A DNA stretch of 64,000 nt from Ruminococcus sp. (GCA_050944415.1 JBMNRA010000003.1:2243-66242), one strand, 5' to 3'; shown: positions 8,840 to 18,386, numbered from the stretch's first letter. Notes: generated by a model not told the origin, from the sequence alone. A program made the numbers and translations.

Positions 8840-10171
8840 TCATTCTCGGTGAATGTGCAAGCCGCCGTTCTTCTCCGGTGAATGGTAGCAAAAGACTACA
8901 TCAGCAAAGCTTACCCGGTCTCCGTCTTTCAGTTTCTTTCCTTCATATCCTACTCCTTCCGTCTGATTAACATAAGTTCCATTTCGGGAATTCAGATCAA
9001 AAATTTCGCATTCTTTATCGCAGCATACTTTTGCATGAACGCGGCTGACTGCCGGTGACGGAAGTACAATATCCACCGCTCCTTCCATCTTCCCCAGAAT
9101 TACTGTTCCCTTTTTCAAGACTATATCCGGCATCCGGGGCGGATGGACGGCCTGCAGTACCCCATAATCTTCCTCATCCGTCGGTTGATTTAAAAGTGAA
9201 GTTTTCAGATCCTCCCTGATATCCGGAAGATCTTTTTCATCCATAGGCTCTTCTGCCGCCATGGTATTAACCAGCCGGACTTCTGCTTTTGGATCCTCCC
9301 TCTTTTTCCTGTCAGCTTTTCTTTTTTTCACTTTCCAGGCCACCACAATTCCCAGAATAACCAAAAACAGCACGGTGCCTGCCGCACAGTAAACCTGCCA
9401 GGAAAAAAAATGATTCCAGATCAGATAAAAACACATAATTCCAACCAGCCCGATTCCTGTTATGCAGAGCATAATTTTCCCGGAATTTTCTTTCTTCCCT
9501 TCTCCCTGATCTTGAAGAAGCGTTTCCAGCACCTCCTCCCTCTTTCTGCTTTCTTCCTCCATGAAAGCAGGATCCAACGCCGCCTCTTCCGGAATATTCG
9601 CCTCTTCCGTTTTCTGGGGTTTTATCATTTCCCGGTATATTTCTCCACGGATTTCCTCCGGATCCAAGCGGCCTTCCATTGCTCTGCGGTAAAGCTGATA
9701 GCCTAATATCACCGCTTCCTGATCCTGATGATCAATTTGCGGCAAAAGGTATTCCGTAAAATGAAGAAAAGCCTGATGATCTGTCTCTTGATGGCTTCTT
9801 GGCCAGCAGCAGAAACCGACCTCCCGATCCGCTGTATTAATGTAAATGTATTCCGGCTGCAGCAGAAGGCAGGAGGGATCCAGAAGATATCGTTCCATTT
9901 CTTCCATGGTCTTTATCAAAGCGCTTATGATCAGAATCATACTGTCCCGATCCAGTTTTTTGCTTTCGTACAGAACAGACAGGGGCTGCTTCGATGTAAT
10001 CTCATAATAAAACAGCGCCTGATTATCCACTCTGTGAATCTGACAGGTTAAAAGTCCGGGTACAGCCCCGTTCAGCAGCATCTTCACAGGATAAGTGTCA
10101 CAGTCGGGCAACTTTTCATCCTGAATAATCAGATAGCTGTGGTGAAAATCTCGTTTATAACTGACTTCCAT
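8840..10171 (-). CDS. Tad-locus membrane protein: DUF6382-like N-domain, 2 TM, C-terminal FHA domain
   Basis: ATG 10171; FHA motifs ILGK...VSRVHA...DLNSRNGTYVN; two hydrophobic helices mid-protein. Confidence 0.8.
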   Translation of the reverse strand: MEVSYKRDFHHSYLIIQDEKLPDCDTYPVKMLLNGAVPGLLTCQIHRVDNQALFYYEITSKQPLSVLYESKKLDRDSMILIISALIKTMEEMERYLLDPSCLLLQPEYIYINTADREVGFCCWPRSHQETDHQAFLHFTEYLLPQIDHQDQEAVILGYQLYRRAMEGRLDPEEIRGEIYREMIKPQKTEEANIPEEAALDPAFMEEESRKREEVLETLLQDQGEGKKENSGKIMLCITGIGLVGIMCFYLIWNHFFSWQVYCAAGTVLFLVILGIVVAWKVKKRKADRKKREDPKAEVRLVNTMAAEEPMDEKDLPDIREDLKTSLLNQPTDEEDYGVLQAVHPPRMPDIVLKKGTVILGKMEGAVDIVLPSPAVSRVHAKVCCDKECEIFDLNSRNGTYVNQTEGVGYEGKKLKDGDRVSFADVVFCYHSPEKNGGLHIHRE

Positions 10172-10172
10172 A

Positions 10173-10598
10173 TTACCTCTCCTTCCAGGCCTTAATGGCA
10201 AGCAGATTACGTATAAAAGGCACCGGCCTTACAAATTCGCTTCTCTGGGCTACTTCCGCTTTCCATGAACCGACTCCCATCACGCCTCCGGATCTGATCT
10301 GTGTCTGCGTTCTCACATAATTCTCCCCCGCAGCCGCAATCATAGTAATTTCTCCCGCAGGAAATCCCTGCTCTCCCTTTCTTTCCGCCATCTTTCCTGC
10401 CACTGTCTTTTGAGCCTCTTGTCCGGAACGCACTCCATCCGTGGATGCGGATATTACAGCCTCTGCCGAAACAGCCGTATACCAGGCTCTGTTATGTACG
10501 AACATAGTCAGCAGAATCAACGCGGAAATAACCATTAAAACCAGCGGAACCACAAAAGCCGCCTCCACTGTCATACTGCCCTTCAGATTTTTCTTCAT
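10173..10598 (-). CDS. tadE: TadE-like minor pilin
   Basis: KGSMTVEAAFVVP class III signal peptide then hydrophobic helix. Confidence 0.8.
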   Translation of the reverse strand: MKKNLKGSMTVEAAFVVPLVLMVISALILLTMFVHNRAWYTAVSAEAVISASTDGVRSGQEAQKTVAGKMAERKGEQGFPAGEITMIAAAGENYVRTQTQIRSGGVMGVGSWKAEVAQRSEFVRPVPFIRNLLAIKAWKER

Positions 10599-11026
10599 TT
10601 AATAAACATGCCTCCCAAATATGCCAGAAACAGAAAAGGTATCCAGGGAAATTCCTGTTTCCAGCCCTTTTTCTTTACAATAAGCAGAATTCCTCCCCAT
10701 ACCGCTGAGAGCAGCATCCCTCCCAGGACAATCTCACAGACTTTCCACAGCCCGTGACAGACTCCCAGCATCAGCACAGTCAGCCCATCCCCATAACCTA
10801 CAGCTTCATTTGTCACTTTTCCTGCGAGCAGAAGCAATATTCCGGGAATGAACGCGGCTGCCAGACTCAGCAGGTCTCTTCCGTTTCTCATCCATATTGC
10901 CGCACCGGCAGAAAAGAACACAGGAAATGACCATTTACAGATTCTTCTGCATTTTATGTCATAAATTCCATTGATTCCAAGAAATAAAATTGTCCACACT
11001 GCTCTTTCCATATTAATCTCTCTCAT
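10595..11026 (-). CDS. A24-family prepilin peptidase (second copy)
   Basis: Asp pair YDIK and GYGDG, multi-TM, FPWIPFL C-terminus. Confidence 0.8.
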   Translation of the reverse strand: MREINMERAVWTILFLGINGIYDIKCRRICKWSFPVFFSAGAAIWMRNGRDLLSLAAAFIPGILLLLAGKVTNEAVGYGDGLTVLMLGVCHGLWKVCEIVLGGMLLSAVWGGILLIVKKKGWKQEFPWIPFLFLAYLGGMFIK

Positions 11027-11921
11027 TGCATCTGCTGCATTTTGGCAAACCTGAAACCTCTGACTTTTTTACCAGCTGCCCCGATCGTTTCAGCGCTGAA
11101 CATTCCGCCGAAAAGTGATAGCTGTCTCCCTTTGGTGTTATGTAAACTACACTGTCCTTTCCCTCATCGCTGCAGTGACTGCATTTCTTATATTTTCCGC
11201 CGTATTCATTCCGGCTTCTTTGAGCTTCTTTTCTGGTTACGCAATAGACCGTTACATTCATGTGAGAACAGTCACTGTGTGTATGATAAACCGTCTGCCT
11301 GTCCGTCACATAGACCATCTCTTCAAAATTTCCCGGGATTTTCTCCTCCTGGCCTCCCTGATATCCGGTCCATGGATGAACCACAGCTTTTACCGGAAAA
11401 ACAACTTTCTTGATTCCCCCGAAGGACACCGGAAAACGGTAAGCCACTCTGGCTTCCAGATGCACACTGCAGTCCGTATAAGAGGAACCGAAACAGGATA
11501 CGGAAACCCTCTCCTCTTTCGGCATCTGTGCCTGAGCAAATCCGATACACACGCCGGTTCCCACCGCTCCCACAGGAGAGGAATCCGATGCAGCTTCACT
11601 GACATAGGCGTACATCCCCAGTTTCTTCGCGCTTTCATTTAAGGAGACGGTTACTTCAGCATAAACTCTTACCAGGTCGATCAGACTGATCAGTATAATC
11701 ACCATAAAAAAGAATATGGGAACTACCATCGCCGCCTCCACAGTAAGGCTGGCCCTTTCTCCGGAGATGCATGAAGACACCCTGACGGCAGATGTATCAC
11801 ATTGTGCCGGGGGAAACATGTAATGATTTGCCTGAAGAGAGTTTTCTGTTTGCTTCTTGATTGGTTGACTGTTACGAACTTTCCGCCAGGGCATCTTCAC
11901 ACACCTCCTGTTTTCTGTCAC
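11013..11921 (-). CDS. tadE: TadE-like pilin with C-terminal tandem His/Cys (Zn-finger-like) motifs
   Basis: RASLTVEAAMVVP pilin motif (true start uncertain); YHxxxxC...CxxC twice. Confidence 0.75.
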   Translation of the reverse strand: MTENRRCVKMPWRKVRNSQPIKKQTENSLQANHYMFPPAQCDTSAVRVSSCISGERASLTVEAAMVVPIFFFMVIILISLIDLVRVYAEVTVSLNESAKKLGMYAYVSEAASDSSPVGAVGTGVCIGFAQAQMPKEERVSVSCFGSSYTDCSVHLEARVAYRFPVSFGGIKKVVFPVKAVVHPWTGYQGGQEEKIPGNFEEMVYVTDRQTVYHTHSDCSHMNVTVYCVTRKEAQRSRNEYGGKYKKCSHCSDEGKDSVVYITPKGDSYHFSAECSALKRSGQLVKKSEVSGLPKCSRCNERD

Positions 11922-13375
11922 TGTTTCATATCATAACCATAGTTTCTCACCGCCTGGTACCGGTTACCCCTGTCTGCTTCAAACTGAAACTGTATTTCAG
12001 CTGCATACAGACAGCAGTCCAGACGAAACTGACCCTTTCCCTGCTCTTTTCGCAGAACCATTTCCATCATATCCATACAGCGGACAGCTTTATCTTCCGA
12101 ACCTTTCATCATCAGCAGGACTCGAAGATAATCCCGATAAGTCATTCCATCCTTCTGCTTTTTTCTTAAGGCATCCACCCCCTGCGAAATTCGAGGCAGA
12201 TCGCTCAGAGATATCTGCCATGAACTATTATCTTTCAGCAGAGGCACTTTGCCTCCGTCCAGCAGCTCCCGCAGATCCAGAACGCTCTCGCCGAAGGCCC
12301 AGCTGACCATCAGAACCGTTTCCAGAGCTTCTGCTCCCTGGGGCGCCCCGAAAAGCGCGGCAATAATCAGCGCCATCGTCTGGGCCTGGGCCCGTTTTCC
12401 CTCATTTTGATAAAGATACAGCAAATTAGACGCCTCCCGTATCAAAAGCAGCCTTGTAACCACGCCTTTTAAATTTTCCGTATCGCTTTCTTTTCCCTGA
12501 AAAATATATTCCAGCTGATACTGCAGCCCTCCTTCCGAAAGTTCATCCGTAAAACAGTTAAAATGCTTTAAAAGATATTCATTGAATATAAGATCTGAAG
12601 TCCAGGCATTACAGGAAGAATCGTAAGCGGGAACTCCCATCCCCTTTTCCAGGGAGCGGCCGGATACCATGGATGATTTTCTCTGGACGGCCGCGGATAT
12701 TTCTTTCCCTTCCGGAAGAACCAGTGATAAAATGCCCTTTCCTTTTGCCGTTTTTACGGCTTCTACCGGGTTGATAAAATTTTCCGGTACGATAGTTCCG
12801 CTTTCCGGCGACTGTGCCGGCACTTCCTGGTCCGAAGCCTGGTTCCTCAGCGCTTCATACTGCGCCATGGCCTCAGCTTCATCAATTTCATTCTTTTTTG
12901 CCTCAATCACCTGTACCGTTTCTTCCTGTCCCTGAACTTTTTCTGCCAGAGAACGCACACCCTGTATTCCCATCATCGTTTCCATATAGGCCACGGCCTG
13001 GGATTTCACGGCATTTCCGCCATTGTCTGTAGCCAGCGTATATCCTGTGATACTGCCGTTTATCAAATCTACATTATCTATTATTCTATTCCCGCCATCC
13101 AAATTAGCGGCCGTATCTTTTTCCAGAATACCGTAAAGCTGTCCCATCTGAAGACTCCCCTGTCCGAAGGAGCCATCCAAAAAAAACAGATGGTATTTCT
13201 CCAGCATTGGAATATCATATCGGGCAAACAGGGAATACAACCCCTGATCTACTCCATGCACGGCCTGCACCCTGGCCCCCGCTGACTGCACCGAATGCAG
13301 CGCCGTTCCAATCAGAGACATAATTACAGCCAACGTCAGGCTCAGATAAACGGTTATGCTTCCCCTCTGATACAA
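11918..13375 (-). CDS. Large pilin-like protein (resembles DUF5702; TadG-like)
   Basis: RGSITVYLSL prepilin-like N-terminus; EYLLKHF, YQLEYIF, LLIREASNLLYL, YRDYLRVLL blocks. Confidence 0.7.
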   Translation of the reverse strand: MYQRGSITVYLSLTLAVIMSLIGTALHSVQSAGARVQAVHGVDQGLYSLFARYDIPMLEKYHLFFLDGSFGQGSLQMGQLYGILEKDTAANLDGGNRIIDNVDLINGSITGYTLATDNGGNAVKSQAVAYMETMMGIQGVRSLAEKVQGQEETVQVIEAKKNEIDEAEAMAQYEALRNQASDQEVPAQSPESGTIVPENFINPVEAVKTAKGKGILSLVLPEGKEISAAVQRKSSMVSGRSLEKGMGVPAYDSSCNAWTSDLIFNEYLLKHFNCFTDELSEGGLQYQLEYIFQGKESDTENLKGVVTRLLLIREASNLLYLYQNEGKRAQAQTMALIIAALFGAPQGAEALETVLMVSWAFGESVLDLRELLDGGKVPLLKDNSSWQISLSDLPRISQGVDALRKKQKDGMTYRDYLRVLLMMKGSEDKAVRCMDMMEMVLRKEQGKGQFRLDCCLYAAEIQFQFEADRGNRYQAVRNYGYDMKQ

Positions 13376-13390
13376 GGCGTGTCCTCCTTT

Positions 13391-13561
13391 CTAAATACTG
13401 TTGCTCTGACTTGTGATTTTTGAAAGAATATTCTTAACCAGACTGACCAGCTGATTTTTAAAAATAATTACCAGACCAATCAAAACGACAAGAATCAAGA
13501 TAATTTCCACCACTCCGATGGCGTCTTCTTCTTTCCAGAAATCACCGATCAACGCACCCAT
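13391..13561 (-). CDS. flp: Flp1-family type IVb major pilin, 56 aa (missed by ORF track)
   Basis: MGALIGDFWKEEDA|IGVVEIILILVVLIGLVIIFKNQLVSLVKNILSKITSQSNSI; SD GGAGGTGAGG; Glu at +5. Confidence 0.9.
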   Translation of the reverse strand: MGALIGDFWKEEDAIGVVEIILILVVLIGLVIIFKNQLVSLVKNILSKITSQSNSI

Positions 13562-13592
13562 AAGCCTCACCTCCTTTCCCCGTACCGTTTTT

Positions 13593-14903
13593 CTACAGAA
13601 TGCTGCCTGCCGGAAACAACAGGATTACAAAAACAATCACCAGCATGAGAACCATCGGAACCAGCAATTTCGTGCCCGCCTGCTCTCCCAGAATTTTGGC
13701 TCTGCGTTTTCTGTTTTCAAATGCGTCCACCGCTTCCCTCTCCAGCATGTCAATAATTTCTCCATTGCCTTTTTTCAGATTTTGTATCAGCAATGTGGAG
13801 AAAGTCTTGTAAACGGCCAGCCCACAGCGGTTTCCCAAATGTTCATAGGCCTCCGCCTCAGGAATTCCCTGCTCCATCTCCGAGTATGCAGCGGCTATTT
13901 CTTCATAGGCGGCTCTTGCAGGAAAATTTCCGCCACCTGTCTGCTTCTGTTTCCGGTAATCCAGCGCCACTTTTGTCAGCGCTTTTCTGGTATTCATCCC
14001 CGCGTTAAGCAGCAATACAAATTTATTCAGAATTTCCGGATAGTCTACCATCATCTCGTCTTGTCTCTTCTTCTGTCTGTCCTGCTTTTCCTGTTTTTTC
14101 CCGAAAATCCACACCAGAGCCAGGGCTGCTGAAAGCATCACCACCGTCAGCCCCGTATGTACCGCCGGACGGCTCCATACGACGCTTTCCCCTTCTACCT
14201 CAGCAGGCAGATACCAGATATTTCCCCCTTTTCTGTCGTCATTCAACTGCTGAAAGCTGTCCTGAGCTTCTCTCTCCCATTTTTCCACCATTGGAATTTT
14301 AGGGGGGAATACCCGGACTGTCAGTTCAAAATCTTCCCGTTCATCCTGGCAGGAAAACGCAGCGTATAACGTTATTTCCGCTCCTTCTTCCGGTATGCTT
14401 TCTCCCAGATGTCCATTCCAGTCTAACAGTTCCGGATTGCTGCTTCCCCAACTGATTTCAACGGGTATATCGGGAAATCCGGTAATCAGCTTCAAATCCG
14501 AATCCACATGATCCAGCGATTGATTTTCTCCCAGAATCGCTTCTTTCAATCTATCCTTTCCATCTTGGAACCAGTTTTTTATTTCACTCTTTTCATAACT
14601 CAGGCCCGGAATCGTCAGCTGAATTTTCTGGCTGCTGCCGTCTTCTTTCTCGGCCTCCAGGACTACCGTCTGATCTTCTTCTGCTGTCTTCTGTTCAATC
14701 TCCGTCAGTTCCTGATTCTGCTGTGCCATATTCCAAATGGTTATTGCCGTTCCCAGAATATTCCCGGCCAGAAGAATACAAACGGCTCCTGTAATCACTT
14801 CCATTGGAATCACCTTCTGAAGCCGGTCTCCTATTTTTCCCTTTATTCCAGGCAGAGCTATGCAAAACAGCAGTAAAAATACTATGCCATGAATCCAGAT
14901 CAT
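13593..14903 (-). CDS. tadC: TadC-like (T2SS-F family) platform protein with extra extracytoplasmic Ig-like region
   Basis: C-terminal YPEILNKFVLLLNAGM...GEQAGTKLLVPM; ISWGSSNP...ITLYA Ig-like segment. Confidence 0.8.
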   Translation of the reverse strand: MIWIHGIVFLLLFCIALPGIKGKIGDRLQKVIPMEVITGAVCILLAGNILGTAITIWNMAQQNQELTEIEQKTAEEDQTVVLEAEKEDGSSQKIQLTIPGLSYEKSEIKNWFQDGKDRLKEAILGENQSLDHVDSDLKLITGFPDIPVEISWGSSNPELLDWNGHLGESIPEEGAEITLYAAFSCQDEREDFELTVRVFPPKIPMVEKWEREAQDSFQQLNDDRKGGNIWYLPAEVEGESVVWSRPAVHTGLTVVMLSAALALVWIFGKKQEKQDRQKKRQDEMMVDYPEILNKFVLLLNAGMNTRKALTKVALDYRKQKQTGGGNFPARAAYEEIAAAYSEMEQGIPEAEAYEHLGNRCGLAVYKTFSTLLIQNLKKGNGEIIDMLEREAVDAFENRKRRAKILGEQAGTKLLVPMVLMLVIVFVILLFPAGSIL

Positions 14904-14905
14904 CG

Positions 14906-15649
14906 CTACACCTCAATCCGGACAATTCTGCGTCCCATCCAGAAAGCCAGCGCATATCCGATCAGACAGACTGTCATAACGCAGACGCCTGCCATATTGC
15001 CGTACAGTACAGATAAAAATTCCGGATCAATTACCTGCATGTAAAGGATAATTCCAAAAGGCACTGCCGCCATGATGCTCTGTTCCATACGTTTGGCCGC
15101 TATACAGGCTTCCACTTCTTTTTCCACTTCAATTTTATCGTTAAGCGTCCTGGCTGTATTCTGCAGGATTCTGCTCAGATTTCCTCCGCTGCGCTTGGCA
15201 ATCCCATAGACCCCCGCAAAATTCCGGATATCTTCCACCTGACTTCTCTCTCCCAGATCTCTCAGCAGCGTCTCCACAGGGACGCTGACTTTCAGCTGAT
15301 TCTGGATGTAACAGAATTCCTCAACGATGGGATCGGATGCCGGATAAATGTTTTTCAGATCCCGGATACATTCCGAAATCGCGTTTTCCATGGAATAGCC
15401 TGCCTTCAAAGCCACACTTAAAGAATTCACCGCGTCTTTAAAGGCATAATTCAGCAGCTTCCTTTTCCTCTTCAGCAGCTTCTGTCTTTTTAACTTCAGA
15501 TAAAACCAGGGAACGGGAAGCAGTGCAAGAAACGCCCACCAGGAGCGATAACAGAGATAGTTGATTCCCGCGCACAGAAACAACGATTCACCCAGATATC
15601 TGATCAATTCTTTTTTGCTGAACCTGTAATGGCTGTAATTATGCTTCAT
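14906..15649 (-). CDS. tadB: TadB-like (T2SS-F family) platform protein
   Basis: LKAGYSMENA, RSGGNL, C-terminal TMs; directly after the ATPase. Confidence 0.85.
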   Translation of the reverse strand: MKHNYSHYRFSKKELIRYLGESLFLCAGINYLCYRSWWAFLALLPVPWFYLKLKRQKLLKRKRKLLNYAFKDAVNSLSVALKAGYSMENAISECIRDLKNIYPASDPIVEEFCYIQNQLKVSVPVETLLRDLGERSQVEDIRNFAGVYGIAKRSGGNLSRILQNTARTLNDKIEVEKEVEACIAAKRMEQSIMAAVPFGIILYMQVIDPEFLSVLYGNMAGVCVMTVCLIGYALAFWMGRRIVRIEV

Positions 15650-16829
15650 AACCTTTCATCCTTTCCAATTTCTCTGTATGTGTCAGAGAGTTCCTTTTTC
15701 GCAGCATCCGGTTTCTGTCATCCCAGGCATACAGTGTTTTCAATACAACCTCCTGATTCTCAAAACCAATGACTTCGCTGATTTCCAGAACCCTTCTTTT
15801 TTTATCCTTCAGCCTTCCCAGATGTATCATGATATCCACGCCGGAAGCAATCTGACGCCGGATAGCTTCCAGCGGGAGCTGCATTCCCATCAGTACCATA
15901 GTTTCCATTCTGCTGATCATATCCGCTGTACTGTTCGCATGAAGAGTTCCTATACTGCCTTCATGTCCCGTGTTCCAGGCTTGAAGCAGATCAATGGCTT
16001 CCTCCTGGCGTACCTCGCCCACAATAATTCTGTTGGGCCGCATTCTGAGAGCCGTTTTGATCAATTCCCGTATTGTAATCTGTTTTCCTCCTTCCATATT
16101 GGCGCTTCGCGCTTCCAGACGAACCAGATTTTCAATCCCCTGAATCTGAAGTTCAGCAGTATCCTCAATGGTAATAATCCTCTCATCCTTCGGGATAAAG
16201 TTGGAAAGGGCATTGAGAAAGGTTGTCTTTCCGGCGGATGTACCGCCTCCAATCAATATGGAATATCCGCTTTTCACCAGCTCTTCCAGAAAAAGAGCAG
16301 CTTCTTCCGATATGCTTCCAAGAGCAATCAACCGTTCCATAGTTATAGGAGAATCAGGGAACCGGCGGATCGTCATCACTGGTCCCCCAATGCATGCAGG
16401 CTCCACAACAACATTAACCCTGGCGCCATTTTCAAGTCTTGCATCCACAATAGGACTGCTTTCGTTGATAATTCGATTACATTTCCCCACAATCTGCTGA
16501 ACCACATCTTCCAGCTTCTCTCTGGAGGTGAACTTCTTATCGTATCTGCTGATTCTTCCTCCTTTTTCCACAAAAATCTGATCACTGCTGTTGACCATAA
16601 TCTCTGTCACTTTCGGATCATCGATCAGATCCTGAATCACATCCAGACGGCGTACCGAATCAAACAGTTCTTTCTGTATCTTCCCTTTCATATTCAGCGG
16701 CAACATCCTGCCATACCGGTCATCAAGCATCATATCATCAATAATTTCTCTGATCTGGCGGTCTGACAGATCCGGCGTCTGTTCCAGCCGCTCCATGAGA
16801 TCTTTCTGCAGTTTTCCAAATTCCGTCAA
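15639..16829 (-). CDS. tadA: CpaF/TadA pilus assembly ATPase
   Basis: Walker A GGTSAGKTT, TIEDTAEL, RMRPNRIIVGEVR, GSIGTLHANS; probable TTG start 16829. Confidence 0.93.
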   Translation of the reverse strand: MTEFGKLQKDLMERLEQTPDLSDRQIREIIDDMMLDDRYGRMLPLNMKGKIQKELFDSVRRLDVIQDLIDDPKVTEIMVNSSDQIFVEKGGRISRYDKKFTSREKLEDVVQQIVGKCNRIINESSPIVDARLENGARVNVVVEPACIGGPVMTIRRFPDSPITMERLIALGSISEEAALFLEELVKSGYSILIGGGTSAGKTTFLNALSNFIPKDERIITIEDTAELQIQGIENLVRLEARSANMEGGKQITIRELIKTALRMRPNRIIVGEVRQEEAIDLLQAWNTGHEGSIGTLHANSTADMISRMETMVLMGMQLPLEAIRRQIASGVDIMIHLGRLKDKKRRVLEISEVIGFENQEVVLKTLYAWDDRNRMLRKRNSLTHTEKLERMKGYEA

Positions 16830-17845
16830 TGATTCTTTTCCTTTCTTACCAGTTCCCTGACAAAATCCCCCAACTGGCTCCAAACCAGCTCATCCAGATA
16901 TTCCCTGCCCCGTTTTTCCGTTCTGTGATACGGAAGTTTCACTTTCTCAATCCGCTCCAAAAGGCTGTCATAATTCCACATCTGAAGAAGATGTTCAAAC
17001 TGCTGCAGCTTTGCTGTCGACATTACGTCTCCCCGTACAGGCATATACACTCTGTGACATTGATTCAAAAACGCATACAACTCGCTGACTCCATCGCCGA
17101 AATCCAGAATGATCGTCTCATAAGGCATATTATTTTCGATTTCCTCCAGCAGCTGAATCCACTCTCCCAGCTTCGTGTTTTGAACATCCATAGGAGACAG
17201 AGCCGGCGGCAGATAATCCAGATTGTTTACCGACCGTACCATTCCGCTGATTTTCAGCGGCAGGTTATTATAATCCTGTCGGATAAAATAAATCAGATCT
17301 CCCAGATTTCTTTCATAACTGCAGTCCAGAAGCTGCTCAAATCCGGCATATTCCTCCAAATTCAGATAGAGAACAGGCTTTTCCTTTGCCAGAATCTGTC
17401 CAAGAGTGAGAGCGAAAGAGGTTTTGGCAGTTCTCCCCACAGGTGAGTAAATGCCGATGCGCTCTTTTTTCTGACGGTTTCCCGTTTTCTGAAAGCACAG
17501 TTTTTCTTTTGCGCCATAGCAGTTCATCACTTCACGAATCACCGCATCTGAAGACTGATACTTGTAAACGCTTGGATAGCAGTCCAACATAGGGTGATGA
17601 ACACCTTCCGAGAGAATTACAATCTGACCGATATCCAGCGTTTTTATCTCCTCGCACATAGCCTTATCAGAAATCAGAAGGATCTCTATCTTCTGTTTTT
17701 CAGCAAATTTCTTCAGCGAATCCAGGCCGGTAAATGCCTGAATATCAAAGGGCATACTGTTCTTTCGGTGAACGTATTCTACGAAATTGCAGGCGTAAGC
17801 CGCTTCCAGATCGCAGACGGCCAGAATATTTTTTCCACTGTTCAT
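16826..17845 (-). CDS. CpaE/TadZ-like protein (receiver-like N-domain plus deviant ParA/MinD P-loop)
   Basis: IYSPVGRTAKTSFALTL, YLNLEEY, IILDFGD; position upstream of tadA. Confidence 0.75.
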   Translation of the reverse strand: MNSGKNILAVCDLEAAYACNFVEYVHRKNSMPFDIQAFTGLDSLKKFAEKQKIEILLISDKAMCEEIKTLDIGQIVILSEGVHHPMLDCYPSVYKYQSSDAVIREVMNCYGAKEKLCFQKTGNRQKKERIGIYSPVGRTAKTSFALTLGQILAKEKPVLYLNLEEYAGFEQLLDCSYERNLGDLIYFIRQDYNNLPLKISGMVRSVNNLDYLPPALSPMDVQNTKLGEWIQLLEEIENNMPYETIILDFGDGVSELYAFLNQCHRVYMPVRGDVMSTAKLQQFEHLLQMWNYDSLLERIEKVKLPYHRTEKRGREYLDELVWSQLGDFVRELVRKEKNH

Positions 17846-18355
17846 TTAATAAAAACCTCCCATATGCAGCATAACGGCCATGAAAACCGGTACGCTGAAG
17901 TGTATATTTTCCAGTCGTTTCCCTTTTTTGCAATAGGGAACAACAGATTTTCTGGTGTAAAGATTACGGAAATATTCGGTGAAATACCGAAGACGTATGA
18001 TCAGAGTTTTTGTATCAATAAGAATTGCCGCACTTAAAAGCGCTCCAAAGAAGAAAGACAGTACCATACATTTTAAAACCACCGCTGGCCCCATTACGCT
18101 TCCCAGCGCTGAAAGGAGCTTGATATCCCCCGCTCCGATCATCCGGAAGAAAAACAGTCCGGCCAGCGTCATCAATGGCAGAAAAGCTCCCGCCATACCG
18201 TTTCCCAGACCCTGAAAACCTTCTGTAATTATCTGAAATATCAGCCCGGTCCCCCAAAACAGGCAGATGCCTTCATTTGGTATACGCTCTGATTTCAAAT
18301 CACAGACTACAGCAGAGTATGCCATAGCAAATAGTATTTTATAATAAAGGGGCAA
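17846..18355 (-). CDS. A24-family prepilin peptidase (CpaA/TadV-like)
   Basis: CDLKSERIPN, IGAGDIKL, HFSVPVF. Confidence 0.88.
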   Translation of the reverse strand: MPLYYKILFAMAYSAVVCDLKSERIPNEGICLFWGTGLIFQIITEGFQGLGNGMAGAFLPLMTLAGLFFFRMIGAGDIKLLSALGSVMGPAVVLKCMVLSFFFGALLSAAILIDTKTLIIRLRYFTEYFRNLYTRKSVVPYCKKGKRLENIHFSVPVFMAVMLHMGGFY

Positions 18356-18386
18356 TTATACACCTCCCTCTGATTCAGAATATAAA

